From the sequence record PQ309151.1: a stretch of 64,000 nucleotides of DNA. The stretch is one strand, 5' to 3'. Positions 45,558-55,082 of the stretch are shown in pieces (the stretch's first letter is position 1; every line of letters starts with the position of its first letter). Below the pieces are notes generated by a model, which worked only from the letters and a program-made list of their open reading frames with translations, made no database searches and was not told the origin of the DNA. Made by a program: the position numbers and the translations under genes.

Positions 45558-47164
45558 CAGTCGTCGTAGTTGTACTTCGTGATGTCGAAGCCCTTACCGG
45601 TCGGAGCCGTCTGGTATTCGAGTGCACGCAGCTGACCCACGTCGAATTCGACGATCTGTCCGTTGAACGGGCACTGGATAGTGCGGCCGTTGAACTTGAA
45701 CTTCTTGACGTCGTCGCCGATGAGCAGGATCTTGCGCTTACCTGCGATGCTCAGATCGAACCACTTGAGCTTGCCCGGGTTGTTCTCGACGAACAGACGG
45801 GTTTCACCCTTGCGATCGGTCTTCAGGTTGATCATGCCATAGCGACCATCCTTCTGAGGCCACAGTGTCAGATCCACACGCTCGATGTTCTTGGCGTTGC
45901 GCTCGATTTCACGCACACCCACTTCGATCTGATTGATGTAGTCCTTCGCATCACCCAGATCCGACAGCGAGAAGCTGCCCGTTTCGGTCTTGTGTTCGGT
46001 CTTGTGGCCCGACGAGTCGATATGGGAAACCGTCTTGGTCGTATGTTGACGCGAGGTGAACAGACCACTGTCCTTGGCACGACCAGCATGCTTGATGAGC
46101 GCCAGGGGTCCCAGGATCGGAATGAACGGCAGGAGGGTCTGGCTGATCGACGAGAATTCTTCCTTGGAGATGAGGCCGGCCTTGAAGCTTTCCGTCGTTG
46201 CTTTCACCAGATCGTCAGTGTCATCCTTGACTTCCTTTTGCAGGTCGTCCTTGTTGTCACCTTGATCGTCGTCACCGTTGCCAGTGTCGTCACCACCAGA
46301 CTGATCATCGTCGGCGTTACCAGCACCGCCTTGATCATCATCGCCACCAGCACCACCAGTGTCGTCACCACCACCGTTGTCGCCAGAGCCATCAGCCGGA
46401 GGTTGTCCGCCATCGGGGTTGTCGTTCTGCTGTTGCTGACCTTCCTCGTTGGTAGCACCACCTTCGGGAGGAGCGGAGTTGCCGTAGTCTGCCAGCGGTT
46501 GGTTCGTGTTCGGAGTCAAGAACATCGTCTGGTACATCTGGGCGATCTTCTCTTCCGATTCCGGCGTTTGCAGACCTTCGGAACCATCGAGCATCTCGGT
46601 GAATTCCATCGGCAGTGCCGGGAGTTCCTTGCCACGCGGCCAACGTTCCAGGTCGATCTTAACCCAGTCGTGGTACATCGCACCAGGTTTCGGGAAGCAG
46701 TCGACTTCCCAGTTCAGATCGCTGCCTTCGATCGGGAAGACATAGCGGTCTTTGATCATCCCCGAATCACCGAAGTACTTGAAGATGTTGAACTGATCGA
46801 GCGAGGACTGTTCCGGCGTTTCCGCACAGCTGCCACGTTCGCCGATTTCCAGCTTCGTCGTGAGGACGTAGGAAACCGCAGCACCGGGTTCACGCAGGTT
46901 GATCGACTTGCGAACGCGAATCGAGCCGGCTCCAGCGTTCTTGTCGGTCTTCGGGATCTTGACAGACCATTGCTCCTGGCGCTCTGCACCACTTGCACGT
47001 TCAAGCCACGCGAAGTCTTTGACACGAACATAGATCACGCGTTCGATTTCTGCCGAGGTACGACCGGATGCATCATCTGCCTCGTTCGATGCCAAGCCCT
47101 TGAGGGACTTGATCTCGACTTCCTGAAACGACTCTGCGATCAGGGTTCTGGATCCGAAACTCAT
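45557..47164 (-). CDS. Multidomain protein: CYTH-like N-terminal domain, acidic Gly/Asp linker, unknown C-terminal domain
   Basis: EIER, IRVRK, LTTK, IKDRYVF and WEVDCF follow the CYTH pattern. Then a long DDGG-rich linker. Confidence 0.6.
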   Translation of the reverse strand: MSFGSRTLIAESFQEVEIKSLKGLASNEADDASGRTSAEIERVIYVRVKDFAWLERASGAERQEQWSVKIPKTDKNAGAGSIRVRKSINLREPGAAVSYVLTTKLEIGERGSCAETPEQSSLDQFNIFKYFGDSGMIKDRYVFPIEGSDLNWEVDCFPKPGAMYHDWVKIDLERWPRGKELPALPMEFTEMLDGSEGLQTPESEEKIAQMYQTMFLTPNTNQPLADYGNSAPPEGGATNEEGQQQQNDNPDGGQPPADGSGDNGGGDDTGGAGGDDDQGGAGNADDDQSGGDDTGNGDDDQGDNKDDLQKEVKDDTDDLVKATTESFKAGLISKEEFSSISQTLLPFIPILGPLALIKHAGRAKDSGLFTSRQHTTKTVSHIDSSGHKTEHKTETGSFSLSDLGDAKDYINQIEVGVREIERNAKNIERVDLTLWPQKDGRYGMINLKTDRKGETRLFVENNPGKLKWFDLSIAGKRKILLIGDDVKKFKFNGRTIQCPFNGQIVEFDVGQLRALEYQTAPTGKGFDITKYNYDD

Positions 47165-47179
47165 AAGTTTGCTCCTTGC

Positions 47180-47500
47180 TTAGCCACCCAGGAAGATTTT
47201 CATCATTTCGATAATACCGTCGATGAACTTCTCCACCAGCTTGGCTTCAGGTAAAGGTTTTCCGAGGATGAAAGAAAGAAAATAGGTGAAGAAGATAAGG
47301 AAGAGCAGAACGATCAAAGCCGTTACGATCTTCTTGACGAACGGGTTCTTCAAACGCTCCTTCATTTCCTCATCCTCTCGGTCAATGTCGAGAGCCTGCT
47401 CGACGCGATCCAGAAGATCATCGGTGGACTTGTTAGGTTCCGCCGATTTCTCTTCTGGTTTAGCAGTCAAAACTGCCGGTTCAGTTGCTTGCGCTTCCAT
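47180..47500 (-). CDS. Small membrane protein (holin candidate)
   Basis: One strong TM segment (IVTALIVLLFLIFFTYFLSFIL) plus an amphipathic C-terminal helix. Follows the spanin-like pair. Confidence 0.45.
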   Translation of the reverse strand: MEAQATEPAVLTAKPEEKSAEPNKSTDDLLDRVEQALDIDREDEEMKERLKNPFVKKIVTALIVLLFLIFFTYFLSFILGKPLPEAKLVEKFIDGIIEMMKIFLGG

Positions 47501-47822
47501 CGCTCTGCGCCTTCTTGTTCAACTCGTCGACTTTCTGGCCGATCGAAGCTTTCCATGCGCGCAGACCTGCTTTGTCGGCGTGTTCCTTACCGATTACGTT
47601 CAGGAGGTCAGTAGAGTATTGCGTCCACATGGCTTCCTTTGCGTCACAGGACAGCTTGCTGTACTCCGCGCTCGTGTAGGGCGGAGGAGGAGCCGCATTG
47701 TCCTGAAGCAGGTTATCGTTGGGGGTCATGATCGCATATTTGTCGCGGTACTGAATCTGTGTCCCGCACCCGCTCAGACTGACTGCTGCGATCACTGCAG
47801 CCAGCAAAATCTTCTTCTTCAT
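47481..47822 (-). CDS. o-spanin (Rz1-like lipoprotein)
   Basis: Lipobox LSGC, a PPPP stretch and a second Cys. ATGA overlap with the upstream i-spanin. Confidence 0.7.
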   Translation of the reverse strand: MKKKILLAAVIAAVSLSGCGTQIQYRDKYAIMTPNDNLLQDNAAPPPPYTSAEYSKLSCDAKEAMWTQYSTDLLNVIGKEHADKAGLRAWKASIGQKVDELNKKAQSDGSASN

Positions 47823-48316
47823 TTTTGAGGTCCCTCGCCTTGTACTTCGCTAGCAGTCGATGCCGGGAGAGCCGCGGCTGCTCGTGCTTTGCACTGGTCA
47901 TTGGAAGGCTCCACGTTGCAGTAGGTGTCCCACACGCTATCCATGCGGGCAACGGAAATCTGATCGGCTTGTTGAACCGGATCTTTCACCGTCTGCTGAA
48001 TCTTCGTGACCTTCTTCTGAAGCGTATCGCGGACAACCACAGCCGATGCGGCCAGGGTTTCCTTTTGTTGGGTTGTCACGGTTTGAGCCGTGTCGTTGGC
48101 TTTGGCGCCAGTATCAGCGACCACGAGGTCTTGCTTGACTTCATGGACCTGTTCTTTCTGAACAGCGATGGTCTGCTGGTCTTTGATGTGTTGCTTGTAG
48201 AGGAAGTACGCCCCGATGCACATGGCGACGAGAACTCCGCCAATAGCACAGTACAGCCCCATTTTGATGCCTTTCACCGCCGGAACGGCATCTTCAACAA
48301 CTTCTTCAATTCCCAT
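47819..48316 (-). CDS. i-spanin (Rz-like)
   Basis: N-terminal TM segment, coiled coil and a C-terminal Cys pair (YCNVEPSNDQC). Confidence 0.68.
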   Translation of the reverse strand: MGIEEVVEDAVPAVKGIKMGLYCAIGGVLVAMCIGAYFLYKQHIKDQQTIAVQKEQVHEVKQDLVVADTGAKANDTAQTVTTQQKETLAASAVVVRDTLQKKVTKIQQTVKDPVQQADQISVARMDSVWDTYCNVEPSNDQCKARAAAALPASTASEVQGEGPQK

Positions 48317-48887
48317 GGCTTAACTCTCTTTTTAAGGAACAATAGGTCACAGCAAGCGAGTCGACCGCATTGTTATCCATGGAGTCTATATCGCCTACCA
48401 GAACATCCATGATTTCAGGTATTTTTTTAATTGCTTCAGTCATGGCGTGTTTGTCACCGCTATTACCCTTGACACCAACTGAGTTTTTGATACTCGATGG
48501 GTCAATTTTCTCCAGGCTCAGGTAGGGGTTATAGTTGTGAACTTCTTCTTCCGTCATGTACAGACATTCTGCGAGTGGAATGACTGCTCCCGGCATTCCG
48601 GGGTTAATATACGGATGTTCAGAAGCGATCTTCAGCGGTCTCTCTTTTTGATAAAGAGCACGCTGATACATCCGAAACGCCTGAAGCTTCAGGAAACGTA
48701 AGGTCTGGTATCCGAACTGCGGACTGCGCTTGGCCATCTTCTCAAGATTGAGACATATGGCCGTTGCGCGAACGATCTTCCGTTCGGGGACGTCATAGTG
48801 GATAAGACCAACCCCGGGAAACGATGTCCCGGGGTCGAAGCCTACAAACTTGACAATACCATCCCCATCATGCGGGATGCGAAGCAT
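48306..48887 (-). CDS. ruvC: RuvC-like Holliday junction resolvase
   Basis: FVGFDPG, IASEHP, IKNSVG..G.SGDK and DNNAVDSLAV carry the catalytic D/E/D/D pattern. Confidence 0.82.
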   Translation of the reverse strand: MLRIPHDGDGIVKFVGFDPGTSFPGVGLIHYDVPERKIVRATAICLNLEKMAKRSPQFGYQTLRFLKLQAFRMYQRALYQKERPLKIASEHPYINPGMPGAVIPLAECLYMTEEEVHNYNPYLSLEKIDPSSIKNSVGVKGNSGDKHAMTEAIKKIPEIMDVLVGDIDSMDNNAVDSLAVTYCSLKRELSHGN

Positions 48888-48890
48888 GCG

Positions 48891-49745
48891 TTAAGCGTTG
48901 ACGCCTTCCAGTTGGAAGAGCGGTTCACTGATACCCAGTTCCAGGTTGTCAGTGAGGTTTTCGTTGATGTAGTCGAGCGGGTACATGGCCTGCACGAACG
49001 TGGCGATCTGCACGCCGATGGCTTCCGTGAACGGGAACGTACCCGTTTGCGATTGAGCCTGAACGACTTGATCGACGCCGGTACACAGAGCGAGTTCCGA
49101 GACGATCGCACGACCCGACTGCTGGGTGATGATCTGCGATGCTGCGCGGATTTCGTTGATGTCGAACGAATCCAGCGGCAGACCGATGATGGTCGAAGCG
49201 AGCACAGAGTAACCAGCCAGCAGGTTGGTGCCCGATTCCGTCAGATTCGTCGGAGTCGGATTCAGTGTCGATTCATCCGGCACCACATCTTGCACGGTGG
49301 ACGTACCGTCGTCGAGTGTTTGCTTCAGGAACAGGTCGGTGTCGGCCTGCGAGAAGTCCACACGCTTGATCCAGTAAGCCCAGTACGGCGTGCCGTTGTA
49401 CTCGACTTGCTGACGGATCGCGTAACGTGCGCGATACTGAGCCGGCAGGTCGTTGTCGAGCAGACGCAGCGAGAACGGCATGTGGTTGAAGAGTGCGCCG
49501 TCGTCCGAGCGGTGTTGGAAGATCTTCGGGTAGGTCGAGCCATCTGCGCCCGTTTCCATACCCAATGCACCACGACCAAGCGCGATGTAGTTCAGCTTCG
49601 GATAGACAGCTGCACCGGGGTACTGGAGCGGGTTCGAGTTGAACTTTTCGTTCAGCGTGGTGTATTTCAACCACTTGTAGGCTGCGCCTCGGACCATTGC
49701 GGATTGCAGTGCCGAGAACCACAGCGTGCGGGTTACGTGTTCCAT
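48891..49745 (-). CDS. Putative virion structural (baseplate) protein
   Basis: 284-aa ORF with the RT.....LQ..TTLNEK..Y..G.G pattern typical of phiKZ-like structural genes. Context-based call. Confidence 0.55.
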   Translation of the reverse strand: MEHVTRTLWFSALQSAMVRGAAYKWLKYTTLNEKFNSNPLQYPGAAVYPKLNYIALGRGALGMETGADGSTYPKIFQHRSDDGALFNHMPFSLRLLDNDLPAQYRARYAIRQQVEYNGTPYWAYWIKRVDFSQADTDLFLKQTLDDGTSTVQDVVPDESTLNPTPTNLTESGTNLLAGYSVLASTIIGLPLDSFDINEIRAASQIITQQSGRAIVSELALCTGVDQVVQAQSQTGTFPFTEAIGVQIATFVQAMYPLDYINENLTDNLELGISEPLFQLEGVNA

Positions 49746-49768
49746 GAGTGACCTGTCAAAGGGTGAGG

Positions 49769-51970
49769 TTACGATTCAAACAATGAGGTTTTTTGATCAT
49801 CGGTCAGGGCCATGTATTGGTCCATGCCAAGGATCGGTTGAAGCGGAGTGCCTGAGACATCCGGCGGATTGACCAGGCCAAATTCCAGACGACTCAAGTT
49901 GAACTTGTGCTGATGGATCTGTCCGCGATCGGGTTCATGAGGACCGTTGCGCAGGTCGACATAGATGGTGCTGCGTCCGTACACTTTATGCGACAGGATC
50001 GTCGAGAAGATGTCCAGACTAAAGCTTTCTTGATTGACAACGTCCACATTCTGACTGAGTACATCGACTGCACCCACTCGCATGTATTCATGGCCCTCGC
50101 CATCGATTTTCTGATCGCCTACTCGAACGCTAGGCAAATCGGTCATGATGGTTTCATCGTCCGCCATTTGCGTCACCACCTGAATGGTGTAGCTTGACAG
50201 ATCAATGAGAGTGTTGGCCATCGCCTTCTGGATGTTACGCAGGCTGGGAGCGGTCACAAGGGCCTTACCCAGAGCAGCGGATACCAGAGACGTATAGAGC
50301 AAACCAAACTCGTCCTGGCTGAGTGTGTCGAAGTTCAGATTCAGACCGAGGAGCCATGAACTGTAAGTCGTGCCTTCCGGTTGCAGTCGAACGTAAGCAT
50401 CTCCGTAGAAATGCTCGACATACTTGAAGACTTCGCAGCGATCATTCATGCCTTCCTGATACGCCACCAGGTTACGCTGGAAGTTAGCAGACTTGAAGAT
50501 GTTATCGGTAAATGCGTAGAACGCATCGATCGAGATCATCGGAGTCGCTTCTTCCACATACGTCTTGGCAGTGCTCCATGCGAAAGAATCGACATACGTC
50601 ATGTCGACACCGCGCTTGAGATCTGCGTCCGAAGGAATCGGATAACGCTGAACCCGCTGAGCACCCAGCAGAGGAATGATCGGTTGATCGAACCCGTACT
50701 GTTTGTACATGCAATAGGTCGCCAGGATGTAGGCATCCTTCACAGTCAGAACAATACGTTCACTCGTCTTCGGATTTTGTACGTTGACGATCGCTGAATA
50801 CAAACCGTTGGACGCATAGTACAACCAATGCGCCATCTGAATGTCTTCGAGCTTGTACGTTTGGGCGCCAGAGTAATCGACCATCGCCGATTCCAGCAGC
50901 TTCGTCTGAACCACATTGGACGGACTGTCCTTGAGGAACTGGGTGATGGTGTCCTGACCGTATGTGATCTCGTCGAGGTTATCGGGTGCCAGATTGTCTT
51001 CCTTGGCGAGGAAGGTCGGCACGTCGATATATTCAGGTGCACCAGAGGACGGAATGACCGTCGTATCGGTACGCTTGAACGTAACATCGGCATAGACGTT
51101 CTCCGTCACATTGGTCGTGTCGTGTCGCATCGTGTAATCGGCCAAGGGAATGTTCCGCTTGGTCATCAGAGCGTCGACGAGTTTGTCCAGTGTGTCGTTG
51201 GCACCCGGATGGCGTTGGTAATACAGGATGTTCCTGTAGAAGTGCATCGCCTGTTCCAGATTCATGAACTGGTAGTACTGACCCAGATTCGAATTGGATG
51301 CCAGATAGTTCGAGACGTAGAAGCTGTGGGCTTCAATAGTCTTGTGGCGCTTCAAACGCTCGGTCAGGATCAACGGCACGAGCATCATGTAGTAAATCGA
51401 CATGATGACGCCGTAATACAGACTGTCCGAGATGTTATACTGCTCGTTGTAATAGCGCTTGAAATAAATGGTTGTCCAGTCTTGCAACGAGTTGATGAGT
51501 GTGTACTCATTGGACTCGATTGCGTTGACTGGGTAGCCCAGTATTGTATGGTCAGGGGCGGCTATAGCAGTCGCCTTATCAACCGGATATAGTACCCCCA
51601 GAATGACATCTTCCTGGCTAGGATACTTGGCGAGAAGCTCGCCATATTGCCGCGTACCGAACTGGTAATCGCGCGCAGTGTTCTTGTGAATGGCAAGATT
51701 TGCCGAGGTGAAGTCGATCACATCCAGATTGTCGGATGACACGACTTGCATCATGGTATCCGTCGGATGGTACTCGCCTGCCAGATTCATGTAGTACTTC
51801 CATGTTTCCGGCTTATCCGCGTCTGTTTCGTATTCTTGGAATTGGAGAAGTCTGTCATTCACGCGTTGAGCCACATAGTCGGACTTGATAATCAAAGTCT
51901 GAGCCAGTGTCAGCACGCTATTGAGATAGACCTGAAATGAATTATCGCTCACGGTAGGTATCCATGTCAT
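49769..51970 (-). CDS. Putative virion structural (baseplate wedge-like) protein, divergent from the portal
   Basis: 733-aa ORF with WKYYMNLAGEYH.TD..M.V.S.D. Position mirrors phiKZ gp128. Confidence 0.6.
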   Translation of the reverse strand: MTWIPTVSDNSFQVYLNSVLTLAQTLIIKSDYVAQRVNDRLLQFQEYETDADKPETWKYYMNLAGEYHPTDTMMQVVSSDNLDVIDFTSANLAIHKNTARDYQFGTRQYGELLAKYPSQEDVILGVLYPVDKATAIAAPDHTILGYPVNAIESNEYTLINSLQDWTTIYFKRYYNEQYNISDSLYYGVIMSIYYMMLVPLILTERLKRHKTIEAHSFYVSNYLASNSNLGQYYQFMNLEQAMHFYRNILYYQRHPGANDTLDKLVDALMTKRNIPLADYTMRHDTTNVTENVYADVTFKRTDTTVIPSSGAPEYIDVPTFLAKEDNLAPDNLDEITYGQDTITQFLKDSPSNVVQTKLLESAMVDYSGAQTYKLEDIQMAHWLYYASNGLYSAIVNVQNPKTSERIVLTVKDAYILATYCMYKQYGFDQPIIPLLGAQRVQRYPIPSDADLKRGVDMTYVDSFAWSTAKTYVEEATPMISIDAFYAFTDNIFKSANFQRNLVAYQEGMNDRCEVFKYVEHFYGDAYVRLQPEGTTYSSWLLGLNLNFDTLSQDEFGLLYTSLVSAALGKALVTAPSLRNIQKAMANTLIDLSSYTIQVVTQMADDETIMTDLPSVRVGDQKIDGEGHEYMRVGAVDVLSQNVDVVNQESFSLDIFSTILSHKVYGRSTIYVDLRNGPHEPDRGQIHQHKFNLSRLEFGLVNPPDVSGTPLQPILGMDQYMALTDDQKTSLFES

Positions 51971-54900
51971 CCAGCGTTAAAATCGTCGAAAACGTCACGA
52001 ACGTTTCCAATGGCAAAAAGCTGCCTGTCTTGGAATTCGTTCGAACTCATAAGCCACTCGCGGCTGCGATCAGTAAGGCTACGCCCAGCACTGAACGAGT
52101 AACGCGCGACGGTCAGGGCAACCGTAAGGTTAGCTCGCCTGACTATGCTTCGATGATCAGCGTTCACCGCACGATCAGTCGTCGTAACAAAGATGCAAAA
52201 ATGACTTTCCAGATGTTGCCGGATTTGAAGCTGGCAATGGAAATGGTCATCTCGCTTATCATGTCGCCCAAAGACATGTTTAGTGATGAGGTTCTCATCC
52301 TGTCGGATTCGTCTGAACTCCTGCCCGCATCGTTGATGTCTTCGATGCTGCAAACGACGACGGATTACTTCAAGAAGAACCACAATCTGACAGAATTCAT
52401 CGAGCACATGCTCGTGGAAACACTCGGCCTGCAAGGCGCTTTGCCTGTGGCTGTGATTCCCGAAAACGCACTCGACGATCTCATCAACAACTACAATACG
52501 AACCTGTCGCTGGAGAAGTTCGCAACGGAGTTCGATGTTGAGAGAAATATCCCCCATCCCCTGGGTATGCTTGGTGTACCAGACTATCTGACGCCACGTA
52601 AAAATAATACACAACCTGTTTCGGGCCGTATGAAGTTTGGCTCGAAGGTGTCGTTTGATCTTCAGTCGTTCGAGACGTACCGATCCATGAATTCGAGCAA
52701 GCCCACGTCGGCTAACTCGGGTATCATGCTCTCGAAACTCTTCCATGACAAGGTGGAAGATAAAGACAAAGACAAGCCCTGGACGTTCAAGGTTCCTGAA
52801 GGCATGTCGGCCAAACCTGGTGCCGAAGGCGATGGGAATGAAATCAACGCCGACAACCTGATGTTCGTGACGGATAACATTTCGATTCTGAAATTGCCCG
52901 GCATGAAAGAAAAGGCTCGCAGCCAGCGCGTGCATGAAGTCTTGAAGCAACGGGGTTATAATAAGTTCCAGGCTTCTCTCGAATCGATGACGCTGGCGTT
53001 GTCGAAGAAACAAAAAGAAATCATCAAGAAAGATGCAGCCGACCAAGGTCGCACACTCGCCGATACGGAAGTGGAAAGCCTGATCTTCAAGAACCGCCGG
53101 TTTGCACATACGCCGGTTGCTGCATTGCGTACGAATGGTAACCTCAAACGTAACTCCATTGGCGAAGCAATGATCAAGGAGTTCGACACGGCGTGTTTCA
53201 TCCCCGTGTCCGTTGAAGGTGACCCCACTCGTAAGCTGGGTGGTTTCATTATGCTGGACGAGGATGGCTATCCTCTCACCACGCATAACGCTGATCCGGA
53301 AGAGATCGTCGACCTGTCTACCTATGCTGGTGGTTCGGGTAACTTCGTCTCCAGCATGAATGATCGAAGCAACTCGATCATGAACGGCAAACAGACTGAA
53401 GGCGTCTCGCAGTGGATGCTCAAGAAGTTCTTCAACCGTGCATTCGGTGAAATGGTCGAGAAGGATCTCATCGACCGTGTGAAGAATGGTCAATACGACA
53501 ACGGCGTACAGCTGGCTTCGAATGAAGACTTCTACTGGCTGATGTTCACTCGCTGCATGAAGGGCCAGCGTACCCATCTGCTGTGGCTGCCCAACGAGTT
53601 CCTGGTGTACTTTGCCATGGACTACGACGAAAACGGCTTTGGTAAGAGCCTGCTCGACGACATCCGCAACATCACCAGCATGCGTATCATGCTGATGGTC
53701 TCAGGTATCGCAGCTTCGCTTCGTAACTCGATTGGCCGCACCAAGGTGACCGTCAAACTGGACGAAGACGATCCCGATGCTGAAAAGTCGATCGAAGACA
53801 TCCAGGATGAAATCCTGAAGAGCCGGATGAACCCCATCCCGTTCGGTATCAATAACGTGGCAGATATTTCCAAGTATCTCCAGCGTTCGTGCTATGAATT
53901 CGAAATCTCGGGTTCGAGCGCTATTCCGGACATGCAGGTTCAGTTCGAGCAATACAACTCGCAGTATCCGAAGCCCGATGAAGATCTGGTCAACCAGTTG
54001 AAAGAACTGTCGATCCATCACTTCGGTCTGACCAAAGACATGATCGATGCAGCAGAAGGTGTGGACTTCGCAATTCAAGCGGCGACCAACAACCTGATGA
54101 CCATGAAACGCGTGCAGCGTTGGCAGCGTAAAGTGGAACCGCTTGCATCGGAATACATTCGCAAAGTCGCTCTGGCTAGCGAATCGCAAATCGATCAGTT
54201 GCGTGAACTTGTCAAGAATAACTTCGAGCAACTGCAAGTCGAAAAAGTCAAGCGCTACTTCGACCTGAAAGACGATTCCCTGATGAAGGACGAAGACTTC
54301 AAGAAGCTCGTCACTGAACAGTGTCTGAACGTCTTCCTGAACAACCTGAAAGTCGAACTGCCTTCGCCGGCTGCGACGACACTGGCCGCTCAGAAGGAAC
54401 AGTTCGAAGACGCAGCAGCCTTCTACAAGGATGCGATCGATTACATCATCAACGAGTCCTTCTTCGATACGTCCGTCATGGGCGAAGAGATGAATGGTCA
54501 CGTAGATATGATCAAAAACATTATCCTGTCGCATTACATGCGCGAATACATGGCGAAGAACGCTATTCTGCCCGAACTCTCAGATCTCACTACGATCGGC
54601 GAAGATGGTAAGATCGCAATCAACGTCATGGATAGCCTGGAGCAGCACATCAAGGCTCTCGGCATGTCGACGGGTAACTTCTTCAAACGCTTCAAGCAAT
54701 TCGCTCAGCTGCAAACTGCACTCATGCAAGGCGTGGGTGAAAGCTCGACGACTGGCGAAACCGACACCGGTGGTGGTGGTGGTGGTGGAGATTCCGGTGG
54801 CGACAGCTTTGGTGGTGGCGGATCCGACGATTTCGGTCTTGGCGGGGATGATGATTCCGGCCTGGGTTCACCGGATGACGGAACTGGCACCAGCGATGAA

Positions 54901-54999
54901 GATGAAACAACTGATGATTCATCGGGTTCGAACGATAATTCTGGATCTAGCGATGCAAACGCTAATCCGGATGAAAACAACGACGAAGAAGAGTCGTAA
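51964..54999 (+). CDS. Portal protein (phiKZ gp129-like) with acidic Gly/Asp/Ser C-terminal tail
   Basis: 1011-aa ORF with G.SLLDD.R..TSMR.ML and GRTKVTVKLDEDDPD, resembling T4 gp20/phiKZ portals. Context fits. Confidence 0.7.
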   Translation: MSSSVKIVENVTNVSNGKKLPVLEFVRTHKPLAAAISKATPSTERVTRDGQGNRKVSSPDYASMISVHRTISRRNKDAKMTFQMLPDLKLAMEMVISLIMSPKDMFSDEVLILSDSSELLPASLMSSMLQTTTDYFKKNHNLTEFIEHMLVETLGLQGALPVAVIPENALDDLINNYNTNLSLEKFATEFDVERNIPHPLGMLGVPDYLTPRKNNTQPVSGRMKFGSKVSFDLQSFETYRSMNSSKPTSANSGIMLSKLFHDKVEDKDKDKPWTFKVPEGMSAKPGAEGDGNEINADNLMFVTDNISILKLPGMKEKARSQRVHEVLKQRGYNKFQASLESMTLALSKKQKEIIKKDAADQGRTLADTEVESLIFKNRRFAHTPVAALRTNGNLKRNSIGEAMIKEFDTACFIPVSVEGDPTRKLGGFIMLDEDGYPLTTHNADPEEIVDLSTYAGGSGNFVSSMNDRSNSIMNGKQTEGVSQWMLKKFFNRAFGEMVEKDLIDRVKNGQYDNGVQLASNEDFYWLMFTRCMKGQRTHLLWLPNEFLVYFAMDYDENGFGKSLLDDIRNITSMRIMLMVSGIAASLRNSIGRTKVTVKLDEDDPDAEKSIEDIQDEILKSRMNPIPFGINNVADISKYLQRSCYEFEISGSSAIPDMQVQFEQYNSQYPKPDEDLVNQLKELSIHHFGLTKDMIDAAEGVDFAIQAATNNLMTMKRVQRWQRKVEPLASEYIRKVALASESQIDQLRELVKNNFEQLQVEKVKRYFDLKDDSLMKDEDFKKLVTEQCLNVFLNNLKVELPSPAATTLAAQKEQFEDAAAFYKDAIDYIINESFFDTSVMGEEMNGHVDMIKNIILSHYMREYMAKNAILPELSDLTTIGEDGKIAINVMDSLEQHIKALGMSTGNFFKRFKQFAQLQTALMQGVGESSTTGETDTGGGGGGGDSGGDSFGGGGSDDFGLGGDDDSGLGSPDDGTGTSDEDETTDDSSGSNDNSGSSDANANPDENNDEEES

Positions 55000-55015
55000 T
55001 AAACGAAAGCAAATT

Positions 55016-55045
55016 CCACTGAGGGCTTCGGCCCTCAGTGGTTTT
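55016..55045 (+). terminator. Intrinsic terminator after the portal gene
   Basis: 11-bp stem CCACTGAGGGC / GCCCTCAGTGG with a UUCG loop and TTTT. Confidence 0.82.
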
Positions 55046-55082
55046 ATGCCGAAATCCTGTGATAACAGATACGGGCTTTGCT

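Noticed and set aside
54765-54960. GGT/GAT-rich simple repeats
   Set aside because: They encode the Gly/Asp/Ser disordered portal tail. Not a DNA-level element.
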